A stretch of 64,000 nucleotides of DNA from Candidatus Atelocyanobacterium thalassae (GTDB lineage: Bacteria > Cyanobacteriota > Cyanobacteriia > Cyanobacteriales > Microcystaceae), in NCBI GenBank assembly GCA_051971635.1, contig JBFPLN010000001.1, positions 32,001 to 96,000 of the forward strand, in the 5' to 3' direction. How positions within the stretch are numbered: position 1 is the first letter of the stretch; each line of letters begins with the position of its first letter. Under the pieces are notes generated by a model that saw only the letters and a list, made by a program, of their open reading frames with translations, made no database searches and was not told the origin of the DNA. Made by a program: the position numbers and the translations under genes. Of this stretch, positions 43,851-53,971 are shown one piece after another.

Positions 43851-44289
43851 TATAGAAACACTACTAATATGCAATTAAATATTCTTAATCAAAGAAGAGT
43901 ATATAATAGTTTATTAGCTTATATATTGGAACTCTAATAAATTAAGCTTAAAGATAAATAATAATCTTAGTTCTTGAGAAAAAATTATATTATTAAAATC
44001 TATTAGAAAATAATTACTAAATAGATCAATAAAATCATAAATATTTAAGATTGTTTGTAGTTTTTAACTAGCTATACGTACTCTATTCTTAAGTCTTACT
44101 AATACAATATCTTCAGATTGTCTTTAAATCAAATCTGATATATTTATATCAAAGCAATTAATATTTACTTAGCATTTAAAGATTCCTGTGTTTTCGCAAA
44201 AAATATAAAATAAGAGATTGCTTAAAAAAAAATATTATTAAAATTATTGTTTAATATTAAAATAGGTTTTTGTTAAGAGTAATCTTGAA

Positions 44290-44802
44290 CTAGATGACAT
44301 CTAAAGTTAGTCCATTTTTCTCTAAGAAGGTGATGATAATAGATAAAACTAAACATCCTAAAATAGTCAATCCTAAAATCAAAACAGCAAAAATCTCTCC
44401 TCCAGATAAAGAGCGATCGTAAGGATCTAAGTAAGCTGAGGAAGAACTTTGATGTTTGTTGATATTGAGTGGATTTCGCAGATCTTTTAAGTGAATATAA
44501 CCAATCTTTACATCATGGAATAGTCTTTTTTGAGGGTTACTTAATATTTGATATGATTCATTGAGGTGTTGAAATTCTAGCTTTGCCAAAGAAGGAGATA
44601 AGGCCGTAGTATCAGGATGGTAAAGTTTGCTTAGTTCTCGATATACTTTACGTATCTCTAGTATTGAAGTAGATGGGTGAACTCCTAAAGCAGCATAATA
44701 ACTATTAGGAAAAATATTTTGAAGAAAATTATTCCTAAGTACTGGATCTTTTATATTTTGTTGACTAACATTGAGCTTGTTGCAATTATTTTCTGTATAC
44801 AT
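44290..44802 (-). CDS. Membrane-anchored DnaJ-domain protein (start uncertain)
   Basis: J domain with YHPD motif; C-terminal AYLDPYDRSLSGGEIFA and a TM helix. Confidence 0.85.
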   Translation of the reverse strand: MYTENNCNKLNVSQQNIKDPVLRNNFLQNIFPNSYYAALGVHPSTSILEIRKVYRELSKLYHPDTTALSPSLAKLEFQHLNESYQILSNPQKRLFHDVKIGYIHLKDLRNPLNINKHQSSSSAYLDPYDRSLSGGEIFAVLILGLTILGCLVLSIIITFLEKNGLTLDVI

Positions 44803-44839
44803 ATAATATCTTAATTCACTAGAAGGTTCTTAAATTATT

Positions 44840-45382
44840 ATGACAATAATTAAATTTAATCATAAATTTATTTCAACAATATTGATAAAAATTTGTCTTG
44901 TTTTTCTACTTTTTTTAGGGATGGGCTGTAATCAAGCATTAGCTAGTATGTATGATGATCATCTTGATGGTAATATCTTTGTGGTTTATGCCGGGAATGG
45001 TTCTTTGGTCCCAGCAAAAATGACTTTAAGTGATTCTTTAAAACGCCAAATCCCAACAGTTATTATTTATTACTTAGACGATAGTCCTAATAGTAAGCAA
45101 TTTGCTATGACTGTTTCAAAAATACAAGAGTTTTATGGTCGAGCAACTAATATTATCCCTACTATGATTGACAGCATTCCTGAAAAAAACCAATATACTA
45201 AGCAGGAGCTAGGATTTTATTATAAAAATGCTGTTCCTCAAGTAGTTATCCTAGATGGTAATGGAAAAAAAGTTCTTGATATTAAAGGACAAGTAGAGTA
45301 TGAAGTAATAGATGATACTTTACGAGAGGTATTTGGTTTATTCTCACGTTCTGAATCTATAGAGTTGAAACGCCGTGCTTAA
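44840..45382 (+). CDS. Thioredoxin-fold thylakoid protein (photosystem I accumulation factor family)
   Basis: Signal peptide, then DDHLDGNIFVVYAGNGSLVP and VPQVVILD; family recalled from cyanobacterial homologs. Confidence 0.7.
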   Translation: MTIIKFNHKFISTILIKICLVFLLFLGMGCNQALASMYDDHLDGNIFVVYAGNGSLVPAKMTLSDSLKRQIPTVIIYYLDDSPNSKQFAMTVSKIQEFYGRATNIIPTMIDSIPEKNQYTKQELGFYYKNAVPQVVILDGNGKKVLDIKGQVEYEVIDDTLREVFGLFSRSESIELKRRA

Positions 45383-45591
45383 TATGATCATACTAAGCGA
45401 CTAACTTTATGCTTTACAAATAAAGATTTTATCTATAAAGATAATATATAAAGAAATACTAAATTAGGAACTTTAATTTATACTTTAACGTTATGAAAGT
45501 TATAGGTAATATTGCAAAAATTTCTCTATAGCTTGCTTAAATATTTGACACAAAATAAGTAACCCATGAGAAATAAGCTATATTTATTTTC

Positions 45592-47046
45592 TTGTATCTA
45601 TCCTCAAGTAATATTAATTATTCGAGGAACATAAAAATTACTTACTATAACAATTTGTCTAATCAATCTTTTTATTCTCTTAATACACCTTTATTTGGAA
45701 CAGATGGAATCCGTGGGAAGGCTGGAGATTTATTGACAGCAACGTTTGCAGTCCAATTAGGCTTTTGGGCTGGACAAATATTAAAATTAGAAGATACTGT
45801 TTCAGGCCCTATTATTATTGGTCAAGATTCTCGTAATTCAAGTGATATGTTGGCTATGTCAATAGCTTCAGGATTGGCTTCTACTGGAATAGATGTATGG
45901 TATTTAGGGCTATGTCCTACTCCTTGTGTAGCCTACATAACAGATATAAGCGAGGCAATAGGAGGAATAATGATTTCTGCAAGTCATAACCCACCTGAAG
46001 ATAATGGAATTAAATTTTTTGATGCTAAAGGAATTAAGCTATCTACAGCTATCTCTCAAAATATAGAGAAAGGATTAAGAGGAGAAATTCCTTTACCTAC
46101 ATCTCAAAAAAATTCATGGGGTAAAATTTTATATAAAGATAACTTGATTAGTAGTTATTACGATTTTTTGAAAAAGAATCTTCCTCCAACCTTTAGCTGT
46201 AGAGGAATGAGAATAGTTTTAGATTTAGCGTGGGGAGCTTCAGTAAATATTGCTCCAAGTATATTTAGACAACTAGAGGCTACAGTATTTTCTTTGCATG
46301 AAGAACCAATAGGAGATTTGATTAACGTTAATTGTGGTTCAACTAACCTAAAGTTATTGCAACAAGCAGTTAAAAAATATAAAGCTGATCTTGGATTTGC
46401 CTTTGATGGAGATGCCGACAGAGTAATGGCTGTTGATGATACAGGTCAAATTATAGATGGAGATTTTATATTATTTTTATGGGGAAAATATCTTATGCAA
46501 AAAGGTGAGCTTCCGAATAATCTATTAGTTACTACTGTAATGGCAAATTTAGGCTTCGAAAAAGCTTGGGAAAAGTTAGGAGGTACACTAATACGTACAC
46601 CAGTTGGGGATCGCTATGTTCAAGCAAAAATGCTAGAGAGCGGTGCCAAATTAGGTGGCGAACAATCTGGACATATAATTTGTCATAATCATGGGATTTC
46701 AGGGGACGGTATTCAAACTTCTCTTCAAATATGTTCACTATTGCAACAGTCGGAAACATCTTTGTCTAAATTAATTGAAGATAGTTTTAAAGCTTATCCT
46801 CAAATTTTGCATAATATTAGGTTTAAAGATAGAGATTCACTCAACCACTGGAAAGATTGTAAAGCCTTGCAAGAGGGGATTAAGAATGCAGAGCAAACCA
46901 TGAAATCGAATGGAAGAGTATTAGTGAGGGCTTCGGGAACAGAAGCTTTACTTCGTATCATGATTGAATCAGAATGTTCTGATACTGCTCAATATTGGAC
47001 TGACTATTTAGTATCAATAGTTGAAAAACACTTAGATACCATATAG
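45592..47046 (+). CDS. glmM: Phosphoglucosamine mutase (start uncertain)
   Basis: FGTDGIRG, ISASHNP, FDGDADR, GGEQSGH, RASGTE. Confidence 0.94.
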   Translation: MYLSSSNINYSRNIKITYYNNLSNQSFYSLNTPLFGTDGIRGKAGDLLTATFAVQLGFWAGQILKLEDTVSGPIIIGQDSRNSSDMLAMSIASGLASTGIDVWYLGLCPTPCVAYITDISEAIGGIMISASHNPPEDNGIKFFDAKGIKLSTAISQNIEKGLRGEIPLPTSQKNSWGKILYKDNLISSYYDFLKKNLPPTFSCRGMRIVLDLAWGASVNIAPSIFRQLEATVFSLHEEPIGDLINVNCGSTNLKLLQQAVKKYKADLGFAFDGDADRVMAVDDTGQIIDGDFILFLWGKYLMQKGELPNNLLVTTVMANLGFEKAWEKLGGTLIRTPVGDRYVQAKMLESGAKLGGEQSGHIICHNHGISGDGIQTSLQICSLLQQSETSLSKLIEDSFKAYPQILHNIRFKDRDSLNHWKDCKALQEGIKNAEQTMKSNGRVLVRASGTEALLRIMIESECSDTAQYWTDYLVSIVEKHLDTI

Positions 47047-47073
47047 CTTGAATTAAAATCAATAGTATTGATT

Positions 47074-47835
47074 TTAATTGGTTAAGATTTCATATCCTGT
47101 ATGTGTTACTAAAATTGTATGTTCAAATTGTGCAGATAAGCCATTATCAACAGTTACAATAGTCCAACCATCTGATAAGGTTTTAACATATTTTGATTTT
47201 TGGTTTACTACTGGTTCAATTGTAAAAATCATTCCAGCTTTTAATCTAATATTAGGAATTTTTCCAGATGGACGATTAAATATTACTAGCTCTTCATGCA
47301 GGCTATTTCCTATGCCGTGACCTGTGCATTCTTCAACTATTTTGTAATTATATTTATGAACGACTTTCTCAATAGCTATTGCTATATCTAATAGATAATA
47401 ACCCTCTTTAACTTTTCTAATACCTGCATATAAAGCTTCTTTAGTAGCTTTAATTAATCGAGATGCCTCTTTTGATACTTTGTTTATAGGAATTGTGATA
47501 CAAGAATCTCCATGAAATCCTTGATAGTCTGCGCCTATATCTATTTTTACTATATCACCGCATATGATTATTTTTTGATAGGTAGGAATACCATGAGCTA
47601 TTTCATTATTAATACTTATACAAATTGAATGAGAATATCCACAATAGCCTTTAAAACTAGGTTCTGCACCCATTTCTTTAATTCTATACTCAGCATAATT
47701 ATCTATATCTTTTGTTGTAATGCCAGGTTTTATAATTTCTTTAATTTCATCTAAAATTTTAGAGACAATATAAGAAGAATGCCGTATTATCTTGATTTCT
47801 TGATTTGATTTAACTTGCATAGTTTCAAAAAACAA
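47074..47835 (-). CDS. map: Methionine aminopeptidase type I
   Basis: SINNEIAHGIP, FHGDS, GHGIG, TIEP, SAQFEHT. Confidence 0.93.
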   Translation of the reverse strand: MFFETMQVKSNQEIKIIRHSSYIVSKILDEIKEIIKPGITTKDIDNYAEYRIKEMGAEPSFKGYCGYSHSICISINNEIAHGIPTYQKIIICGDIVKIDIGADYQGFHGDSCITIPINKVSKEASRLIKATKEALYAGIRKVKEGYYLLDIAIAIEKVVHKYNYKIVEECTGHGIGNSLHEELVIFNRPSGKIPNIRLKAGMIFTIEPVVNQKSKYVKTLSDGWTIVTVDNGLSAQFEHTILVTHTGYEILTN

Positions 47836-47877
47836 AACTAAATTAAATAACTTATTTATTCATAAATTCCATACCAT

Positions 47878-48717
47878 TTATCCTTTAACTGCACCAGCTG
47901 TTAGTCCTTCCACAATTCTTTTTTGAAAGAAAAAGACTAATAAGATTAACGGAAAAGTCCCTAGAACAGTAGCAGCTGATATAGGACCATATGGAATCTC
48001 AAATACACTTGAGCCACCAATTTGAGCTGTAGCAACAGGAATAGTTTTCATGGTTTCACGAGTTATAAATGTGAGAGAGAAAATATATTCGTTCCAAGTA
48101 AAAATAAACGTTAAAATGCCTGTTGTTACTAGGGCAGGAAAAGTTAAAGGCAATAAAATTTGAGTCAACATTGGAATAATTTTATAGCCATCTATACGCG
48201 CTGCATCCTCTAATTCTTTAGGTAATTGCTGAAAAAAGCTACGCATTATTAGAATAGTCAACGGTAAATTAATGCCGGAGTAAGGAATAATTAGAGCTAA
48301 ATAATTATTTCCTAAATTTAAAAATCGTATTATCTCTAACAATCCCAAAAATAATAAGACATAAGGGAATAAAGAAACTATCGAAATTAATACAAGTATG
48401 AGATTCTTATGCTTAATATTTATTCTTGCAAGTATGTAAGCAGCAGGAGAGCCAATTACTAAACATATGATTGTAGATATTGTAGAAACAAGAATGCTAT
48501 TAAAAATGTAGAGAATAAAAGGACGACGTTTAAATAACTCTATGTAGTGCTCAAAAGTTATACGTTGAGGGAAATAGATATTGGGAATAGTAGAAATATC
48601 TTCACTAGTCTTTATAGATGTTAATATTTGCCATATAATCGGAATTAGAAAAAAAGAAGTAATTAAAAAAATACCGACATTAAGAAGTATATAGTTACTA
48701 TTTTTGTTCCATTTCAT
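47878..48717 (-). CDS. Carbohydrate ABC transporter permease (MalG-like)
   Basis: EAA loop LEDAARIDG; C-terminal QKRIVEGLTAGAVKG; ATG at 48717 preferred as start. Confidence 0.92.
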   Translation of the reverse strand: MKWNKNSNYILLNVGIFLITSFFLIPIIWQILTSIKTSEDISTIPNIYFPQRITFEHYIELFKRRPFILYIFNSILVSTISTIICLVIGSPAAYILARINIKHKNLILVLISIVSLFPYVLLFLGLLEIIRFLNLGNNYLALIIPYSGINLPLTILIMRSFFQQLPKELEDAARIDGYKIIPMLTQILLPLTFPALVTTGILTFIFTWNEYIFSLTFITRETMKTIPVATAQIGGSSVFEIPYGPISAATVLGTFPLILLVFFFQKRIVEGLTAGAVKG

Positions 48718-48783
48718 TATTCTAATAATCTCCTTTCTTATATCTCGTACTTTAAACAATAGATTGAACAATATTATAAATAT

Positions 48784-49662
48784 TTATCTATCTTTCTTAA
48801 AATATAGTAGTAAGACTCCGATAATTACAACAATTATTATTAATAGTAGAAAGGTTATTACAACTAATGCAGCACCATAGCCAAAGTCCAGGTATCTCAT
48901 AACTGTCGCATAAATGTAAATAGAAACAGTTTCTGTAGCTCCTGCAGGACCTCCTCCTGTTATAACTTGAACTAAGTCGAATACACCAAAGGCTTGTGCA
49001 AATCTAAATAATACTGCAATTAGCACTTGTGGCATAATTAGTGGTAATGTAATTTGGCGAAAACTTTGCCAAGGTCTTGCTCCGTCTATAGCATGTGCTT
49101 CATACAAGTCTTTTGGAATCGACTGTAAACCTGATAATAAGATAATACCAAGGAATGGAGTTGTTTTCCAGACATCTGCAATAATCAAAACGATCATAGC
49201 TAAAGTTGGATTACCTAACCAATTAATTCCAGTATTAATGATACCTAAACGTTGTAAAACATCATTAACAACTCCATACTGATCATTAAAAATCCATGCC
49301 CAAGCTAATCCCATTATTGCAGTTGGCAATGCCCAAGGTATCATAGAGATAACTCGAACAGCACTTCTACCAAAGAAGGTTTCATTTAAAATTAAAGCCA
49401 AAATCATTCCTAAGATTAACTCTAAAGTAACGCTTATTGTAGTAAATACAGATGTATTCCAAATAGCTTGTAAAAAGCGTCCGTCTCTTGCCATTCGGAA
49501 ATAATTTGATAATCCTGAGAAAACAGGCTCTAACTGAGTACCGAGATTTTTAGTGAATAAACTTAATAAAAATGCACTTACAATGGGATAAATAAATACA
49601 AAAATCAATAAGAGCAAGGCTGGAAGCATTATTAACCAACCTGTTTGATTTTCATTTTTCAT
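48784..49662 (-). CDS. Carbohydrate ABC transporter permease (MalF-like)
   Basis: WKTTPF, GLQSIPKDLYEAHAIDGA, TGGGP. Confidence 0.92.
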   Translation of the reverse strand: MKNENQTGWLIMLPALLLLIFVFIYPIVSAFLLSLFTKNLGTQLEPVFSGLSNYFRMARDGRFLQAIWNTSVFTTISVTLELILGMILALILNETFFGRSAVRVISMIPWALPTAIMGLAWAWIFNDQYGVVNDVLQRLGIINTGINWLGNPTLAMIVLIIADVWKTTPFLGIILLSGLQSIPKDLYEAHAIDGARPWQSFRQITLPLIMPQVLIAVLFRFAQAFGVFDLVQVITGGGPAGATETVSIYIYATVMRYLDFGYGAALVVITFLLLIIIVVIIGVLLLYFKKDR

Positions 49663-49741
49663 CTTAAATAAATTATTACAACATAATAAGATTCTAACCA
49701 GAAATGAAAAATATTTTTAAACTATACTTATTTTTTTAGCG

Positions 49742-50842
49742 TTATTCTTCATTCAATATCTTTTTTTTCTTTTTCCTATAGCTATTTAGCATTAAGATCA
49801 TTAGGGTCAGAATAGTAATAGGAATTACAAAAAACGACATGATGCTACCAAAAATAGGTAACCCATGGTGCCCTGTCGAATATAATACTAAGTATGTTGT
49901 ATAGGCAACATAGTAGCTAAGAAACAAAAATCCTTCCCAACGTCTAATAATGTTTTCTGTGAAAAAGATAGGTAAACACGCTACTTCAATTGCTATCATT
50001 ACCGGTAAGTCAAAATGTAAAGCAGCATCAGAAACAGGTACTCCTGTTGGTGATGCTATAGCACAAATAGCTAGTACAGTTAAAATATTAAAAATATTAC
50101 TACCAATAACATTTCCTACAGCGATATCTCTTTCTCCCTTTAATGCTGCTACTGCTGAAGTTGCTAATTCAGGTAAAGATGTTCCTGTAGCTACAATTGT
50201 TAAGCCAATAATCAAATCACTTACTCCAATTTTGCGAGCAATCTCTGTTGCACTATCAACTAACCATTGAGAACCTAAAACTAAGCATCCTACACCCAAC
50301 AAAATAAATATAATATCTTTAATAAATCTACTAAAGGATAAAGGTGAAACTTGATTTTCATCACCATTAAGAGCTGATTTACTTGACTCTTTCGCTCCTT
50401 TATAAATTAAGAAAGCGGTGTATATGACACCACCAATTAATAAAACAACTCCGTCAGAACGATGTATTGTACGATCTAGTCCGAAGAAAAAAGTTAAGAT
50501 GGATACTCCAATCATAATTGGAACATCTAGACGAATCAGTTGTTGAGCGACTATTAGCGGAATAGCTAAAGAAGATATTCCCAAAATAACTAAAATATTA
50601 AAAATATTACTGCCAATAACATTCCCTAAAGCTAGATCTGCTTGACCTGCCAAACTTGACTGAATAGCTACTGCCATCTCTGGGGAACTAGTCCCGTAAG
50701 AAACAATAGTTAACCCTACAACTAAAGGGGAAATTCCGAGACTTGAGGTTATATCAGCAGCCCCTCTAACTAAAACTTCTGCACCGACCATCAACAGAAC
50801 GATTCCAGCCACTAACAAACCAAAAACTAAGATATAACTCAT
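49742..50842 (-). CDS. Ca2+/Na+ antiporter (YrbG/CaCA family)
   Basis: Duplicated alpha repeats GTSSPE / GTSLPE and GNVIGSNIFN. Confidence 0.93.
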   Translation of the reverse strand: MSYILVFGLLVAGIVLLMVGAEVLVRGAADITSSLGISPLVVGLTIVSYGTSSPEMAVAIQSSLAGQADLALGNVIGSNIFNILVILGISSLAIPLIVAQQLIRLDVPIMIGVSILTFFFGLDRTIHRSDGVVLLIGGVIYTAFLIYKGAKESSKSALNGDENQVSPLSFSRFIKDIIFILLGVGCLVLGSQWLVDSATEIARKIGVSDLIIGLTIVATGTSLPELATSAVAALKGERDIAVGNVIGSNIFNILTVLAICAIASPTGVPVSDAALHFDLPVMIAIEVACLPIFFTENIIRRWEGFLFLSYYVAYTTYLVLYSTGHHGLPIFGSIMSFFVIPITILTLMILMLNSYRKKKKKILNEE

Positions 50843-50869
50843 TCAGATCTCTAATAATTATTGGGATAG

Positions 50870-50915
50870 AAAAGTAAACAAACAGGCTTTTCAAGTCTAA
50901 CCATAAAAGCCTATT
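50870..50915 (-). terminator. Terminator-like hairpin in the 5' region of the antiporter gene
   Basis: On the minus strand AAUAGGCUUUU pairs with AAAAGCCUGUU and is followed by UGUUUACUUUU, about 40 nt before the ATG. Confidence 0.6.
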
Positions 50916-51503
50916 AGACTATAATATTTGAGACTCTTGTCTAATACTTCTTGTGTAGCTCAAAAAAATGTTTTTATTAAAACTAAATCTTATCCTTATA
51001 AATCTTGCTGTACGAGAATTGTAGGCATTTTCTATTATCATCCTATTATGATCATTCCAAAAATAACAAAAATAGTATTTAAATCAAATTATTTGAATTA
51101 AGTACTGTTTTCAACTACAAAATTGTAAATACATTTGTGAGAGAAAGCAAGTAAGATAACAAATTTAAGTTTAGTAAAACGCTATTTCATAAATTACCTT
51201 TGTATATAAATAAAGGTAACTCTATTACTCTACATAAGTTAGTGTTTTATCTCAAATGATAAGTAAATTTTATATTAGTTTATTATATAAGCTAAATTCG
51301 AATATAGATTTGTAAACAAGAAAGTATTACTATCTCTGCATTAATCACTATTAAAATTTATTAAATTAACTATGTTTTGTGAGCATAATAAACATATTTG
51401 GGTTTTTGAGCTAAAAATTAATTTAACAGATATCTAGCTTAATATACTCTGAGAATATCCTTTTTTTTATGTAAAGTTTATATATCTTACTAATATGTAA
51501 ACT

Positions 51504-53267
51504 TTATGTAGGATAAATTCTGAGTCTGCGATTAGGTTCTTCTCCGAAACTATTTGATCGTAAATGATAATGTTCAATTAATTCATGTTGCATTCCTCGG
51601 ACTTTAGGAGATCTAGGTAACAGTTCTACTGGCTGACATTTAGGTAGAACAATTTGCTCAATTGCTAATCTTGCTTCTTCTAAAGCTTCTAGTTCATCAT
51701 TATTGTCTCCCTTAGTAAAAAGACGCAGATCCGTTGTTTCAGAAACTTGTATTTCACTAATTCCCAATAATTTTTGTAATGTGCGAGTAATTTGAGGAAT
51801 AGTATTAGACTTTACTCCATGAATAGTAATTTGTCTGATTTTGGCGACTTGACGTAGTTTTGATTGATTTTTTAAGTATGAACGCAATGCAATGACTACA
51901 TCAGCATTGTCTAAGTCCTTAGTTACTACAATTGGTAAGTGAAGAATTCTAATAACTTGTTCTAACTGAGATCTGCCTATTCCATAAGGGTAAATATAGA
52001 TAGGAAAATCCTCTCCATTTGGCCCAGATATTCTTGTCTTATCTTCTTTGTCTTTATTGTCAAAATGATACCAAGAAGCATCTAATAATCTATCAAATTC
52101 TAACGTTTCACTCAGCTTATTTATATCTTTATCCCCAGCAGTAGGAGGAGGTATCATTTTACCAGAAGCTCTCCATCCTTGAGAATTTGGAATAGTTTTA
52201 GGTTGCTGATACTCAAATTTGTTTAATGGTTTAGTATTATTAGATTTTTCTTGAACAATATTTATCTCTCCATTCTTATTAACTGTTCGTATTTCAGTAT
52301 TAGGCTTCCCGTTAAGAAGTAAAATATCGATAGTGTAGGCTACATCTTGGTGAACATTCCATTCTTGACGTTCTAACATCTCGATTGCAGTTTCAAAGGT
52401 AGGAGGAGCTTTGCGCTCGAGAATAGTTTTTTGGCAACCTCTTCGCTTTGCCTCTTCATCCCCTAGCGTAACTGATTGAATTCCTCCTACTAAATCAGCA
52501 AGAGTTGGATTTTTCATCAAGTTTTCAATTTTATTACCATGAGCTGTGCCAACTAACTGTACTCCTCTTTCAGCAATGGTACGAGCAGCTAAGGCCTCTA
52601 ACTCTGTTCCAATTTCATCAATAACTATGACTTCTGGCATATGATTTTCAACTGCTTCAATCATTACTCTATGTTGTAATTCAGGTGTGGATACTTGCAT
52701 TCTTCTTGCTCTACCAATTGAAGAATGAGGAACATCACTATCTCCGGCGATTTCATTAGAAGTATCTATAATAACAACTCGTTTATGAAAATCATCCGCA
52801 AGAACTCTTGCAATCTCACGTAATGCAGTCGTTTTACCTACACCTGGTCGACCTAATAAAAGGAGTGATTTCCCTGTTTCTACTAAATCTCGAATTATAG
52901 ATATAGTTCCAAAAACAGCTCTCCCCACACGACAAGTTAATCCAACAATACTTCCTTTCCTGTTGCGTATAGCACTAATACGATGTAGAGTTTTTTCAAT
53001 TCCTGCGCGATTATCACTACTAAAAGTTCCTATCTTTTGGATGGTATATTCTAGATCAGCAGCAGAAATTAAGGCTGTCCCTAAATAAATAGCATATCCA
53101 GGAAAGCGAGCTTCCGGTAATCTTCCTAAGTCCATCACCACCTCTACTAGATAATTACATTCTGGATGATTTTTGACGTAATGATAAATATTTGGTGGTA
53201 AAACATCTAGAAGTTTATTTAATTCGTCGGTACTCTGAGATGAAGCTTTTTGAGGTATAAATGCCAC
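51504..53267 (-). CDS. Ycf45/SpoIIIAA-like AAA ATPase with C-terminal R3H domain
   Basis: DNRAGIEKTLHRIS, GRPGVGKTT, IDTSNEIAGD, VIDEIG; R3H-like RGMQH...GEEPNRR. Confidence 0.9.
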   Translation of the reverse strand: MAFIPQKASSQSTDELNKLLDVLPPNIYHYVKNHPECNYLVEVVMDLGRLPEARFPGYAIYLGTALISAADLEYTIQKIGTFSSDNRAGIEKTLHRISAIRNRKGSIVGLTCRVGRAVFGTISIIRDLVETGKSLLLLGRPGVGKTTALREIARVLADDFHKRVVIIDTSNEIAGDSDVPHSSIGRARRMQVSTPELQHRVMIEAVENHMPEVIVIDEIGTELEALAARTIAERGVQLVGTAHGNKIENLMKNPTLADLVGGIQSVTLGDEEAKRRGCQKTILERKAPPTFETAIEMLERQEWNVHQDVAYTIDILLLNGKPNTEIRTVNKNGEINIVQEKSNNTKPLNKFEYQQPKTIPNSQGWRASGKMIPPPTAGDKDINKLSETLEFDRLLDASWYHFDNKDKEDKTRISGPNGEDFPIYIYPYGIGRSQLEQVIRILHLPIVVTKDLDNADVVIALRSYLKNQSKLRQVAKIRQITIHGVKSNTIPQITRTLQKLLGISEIQVSETTDLRLFTKGDNNDELEALEEARLAIEQIVLPKCQPVELLPRSPKVRGMQHELIEHYHLRSNSFGEEPNRRLRIYPT

Positions 53268-53942
53268 TGTTTTTAATTAAAATATATGTAAGATTACCTA
53301 GAAAGCGATTTGTCTCTAAGACAAGACATTTTATAAATTATACGAACAAAATTAGAAATTATATTCTTTAATTTTTAAGAAAATCTAAGAACACGACATA
53401 TATTCATAGTAATGTATTACATAAAATATAAAGAATAAACATTATTTTTAGTAATTGTATACATATAGTTCAAGTTTTACTTTATTCATATACCTTATAA
53501 GAAAGTTAACTAACAATTAATGAAGACTTTATTTTATGTTACTGTTACTTTTAAACTAACTCAATTATAGAATAATATAATTGATTTATAACAACGTACA
53601 AAGTTCTTTTATCTTATTTAATGACTTAAGGAATAGGACAAAAGAAAACAGGAATAAGAAGGATTATCCAAATCTTATTCAGCTAAAAAATCCTAGTGCT
53701 AGAGATTTTTTAGCTAAAAGTTACTCATTAAAATTATATAAGACTCTAAAAAACTATATAGTAAAAATACTTTTGTCTAGAAAAGATAAATTCAAGGTCA
53801 TAATTCACAATATTTTAGATACATTAAGATTGTTGAATTAGTAAGTTTAAAGATTTAAACTGACTAATATACAGAAAAATTATTTCATATTTTTAAAGTT
53901 TTATTTAATTAAAAAATGCACCAATCGAAATAGTAGCTTTTC

Positions 53943-53971
53943 TTGACATCTTAATTAATTAAAGTTATAGT
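53943..53971 (+). promoter_or_regulatory. Sigma70-type promoter of the rplC (S10/spc) operon
   Basis: TTGACA (53943-53948), 17-nt spacer, TATAGT (53966-53971). Confidence 0.8.

Noticed and set aside
50880..50965. Assignment of the antiporter leader as a yybP-ykoY Mn2+ riboswitch
   Set aside because: GAGAC- and GTAGC-like words are present but on the wrong strand and in the wrong order.
53409..53462. Two GTA-N6-TAC palindromes upstream of the Ycf45-like gene
   Set aside because: The spacing does not fit NtcA (N8) and the motif carries little information in AT-rich DNA.
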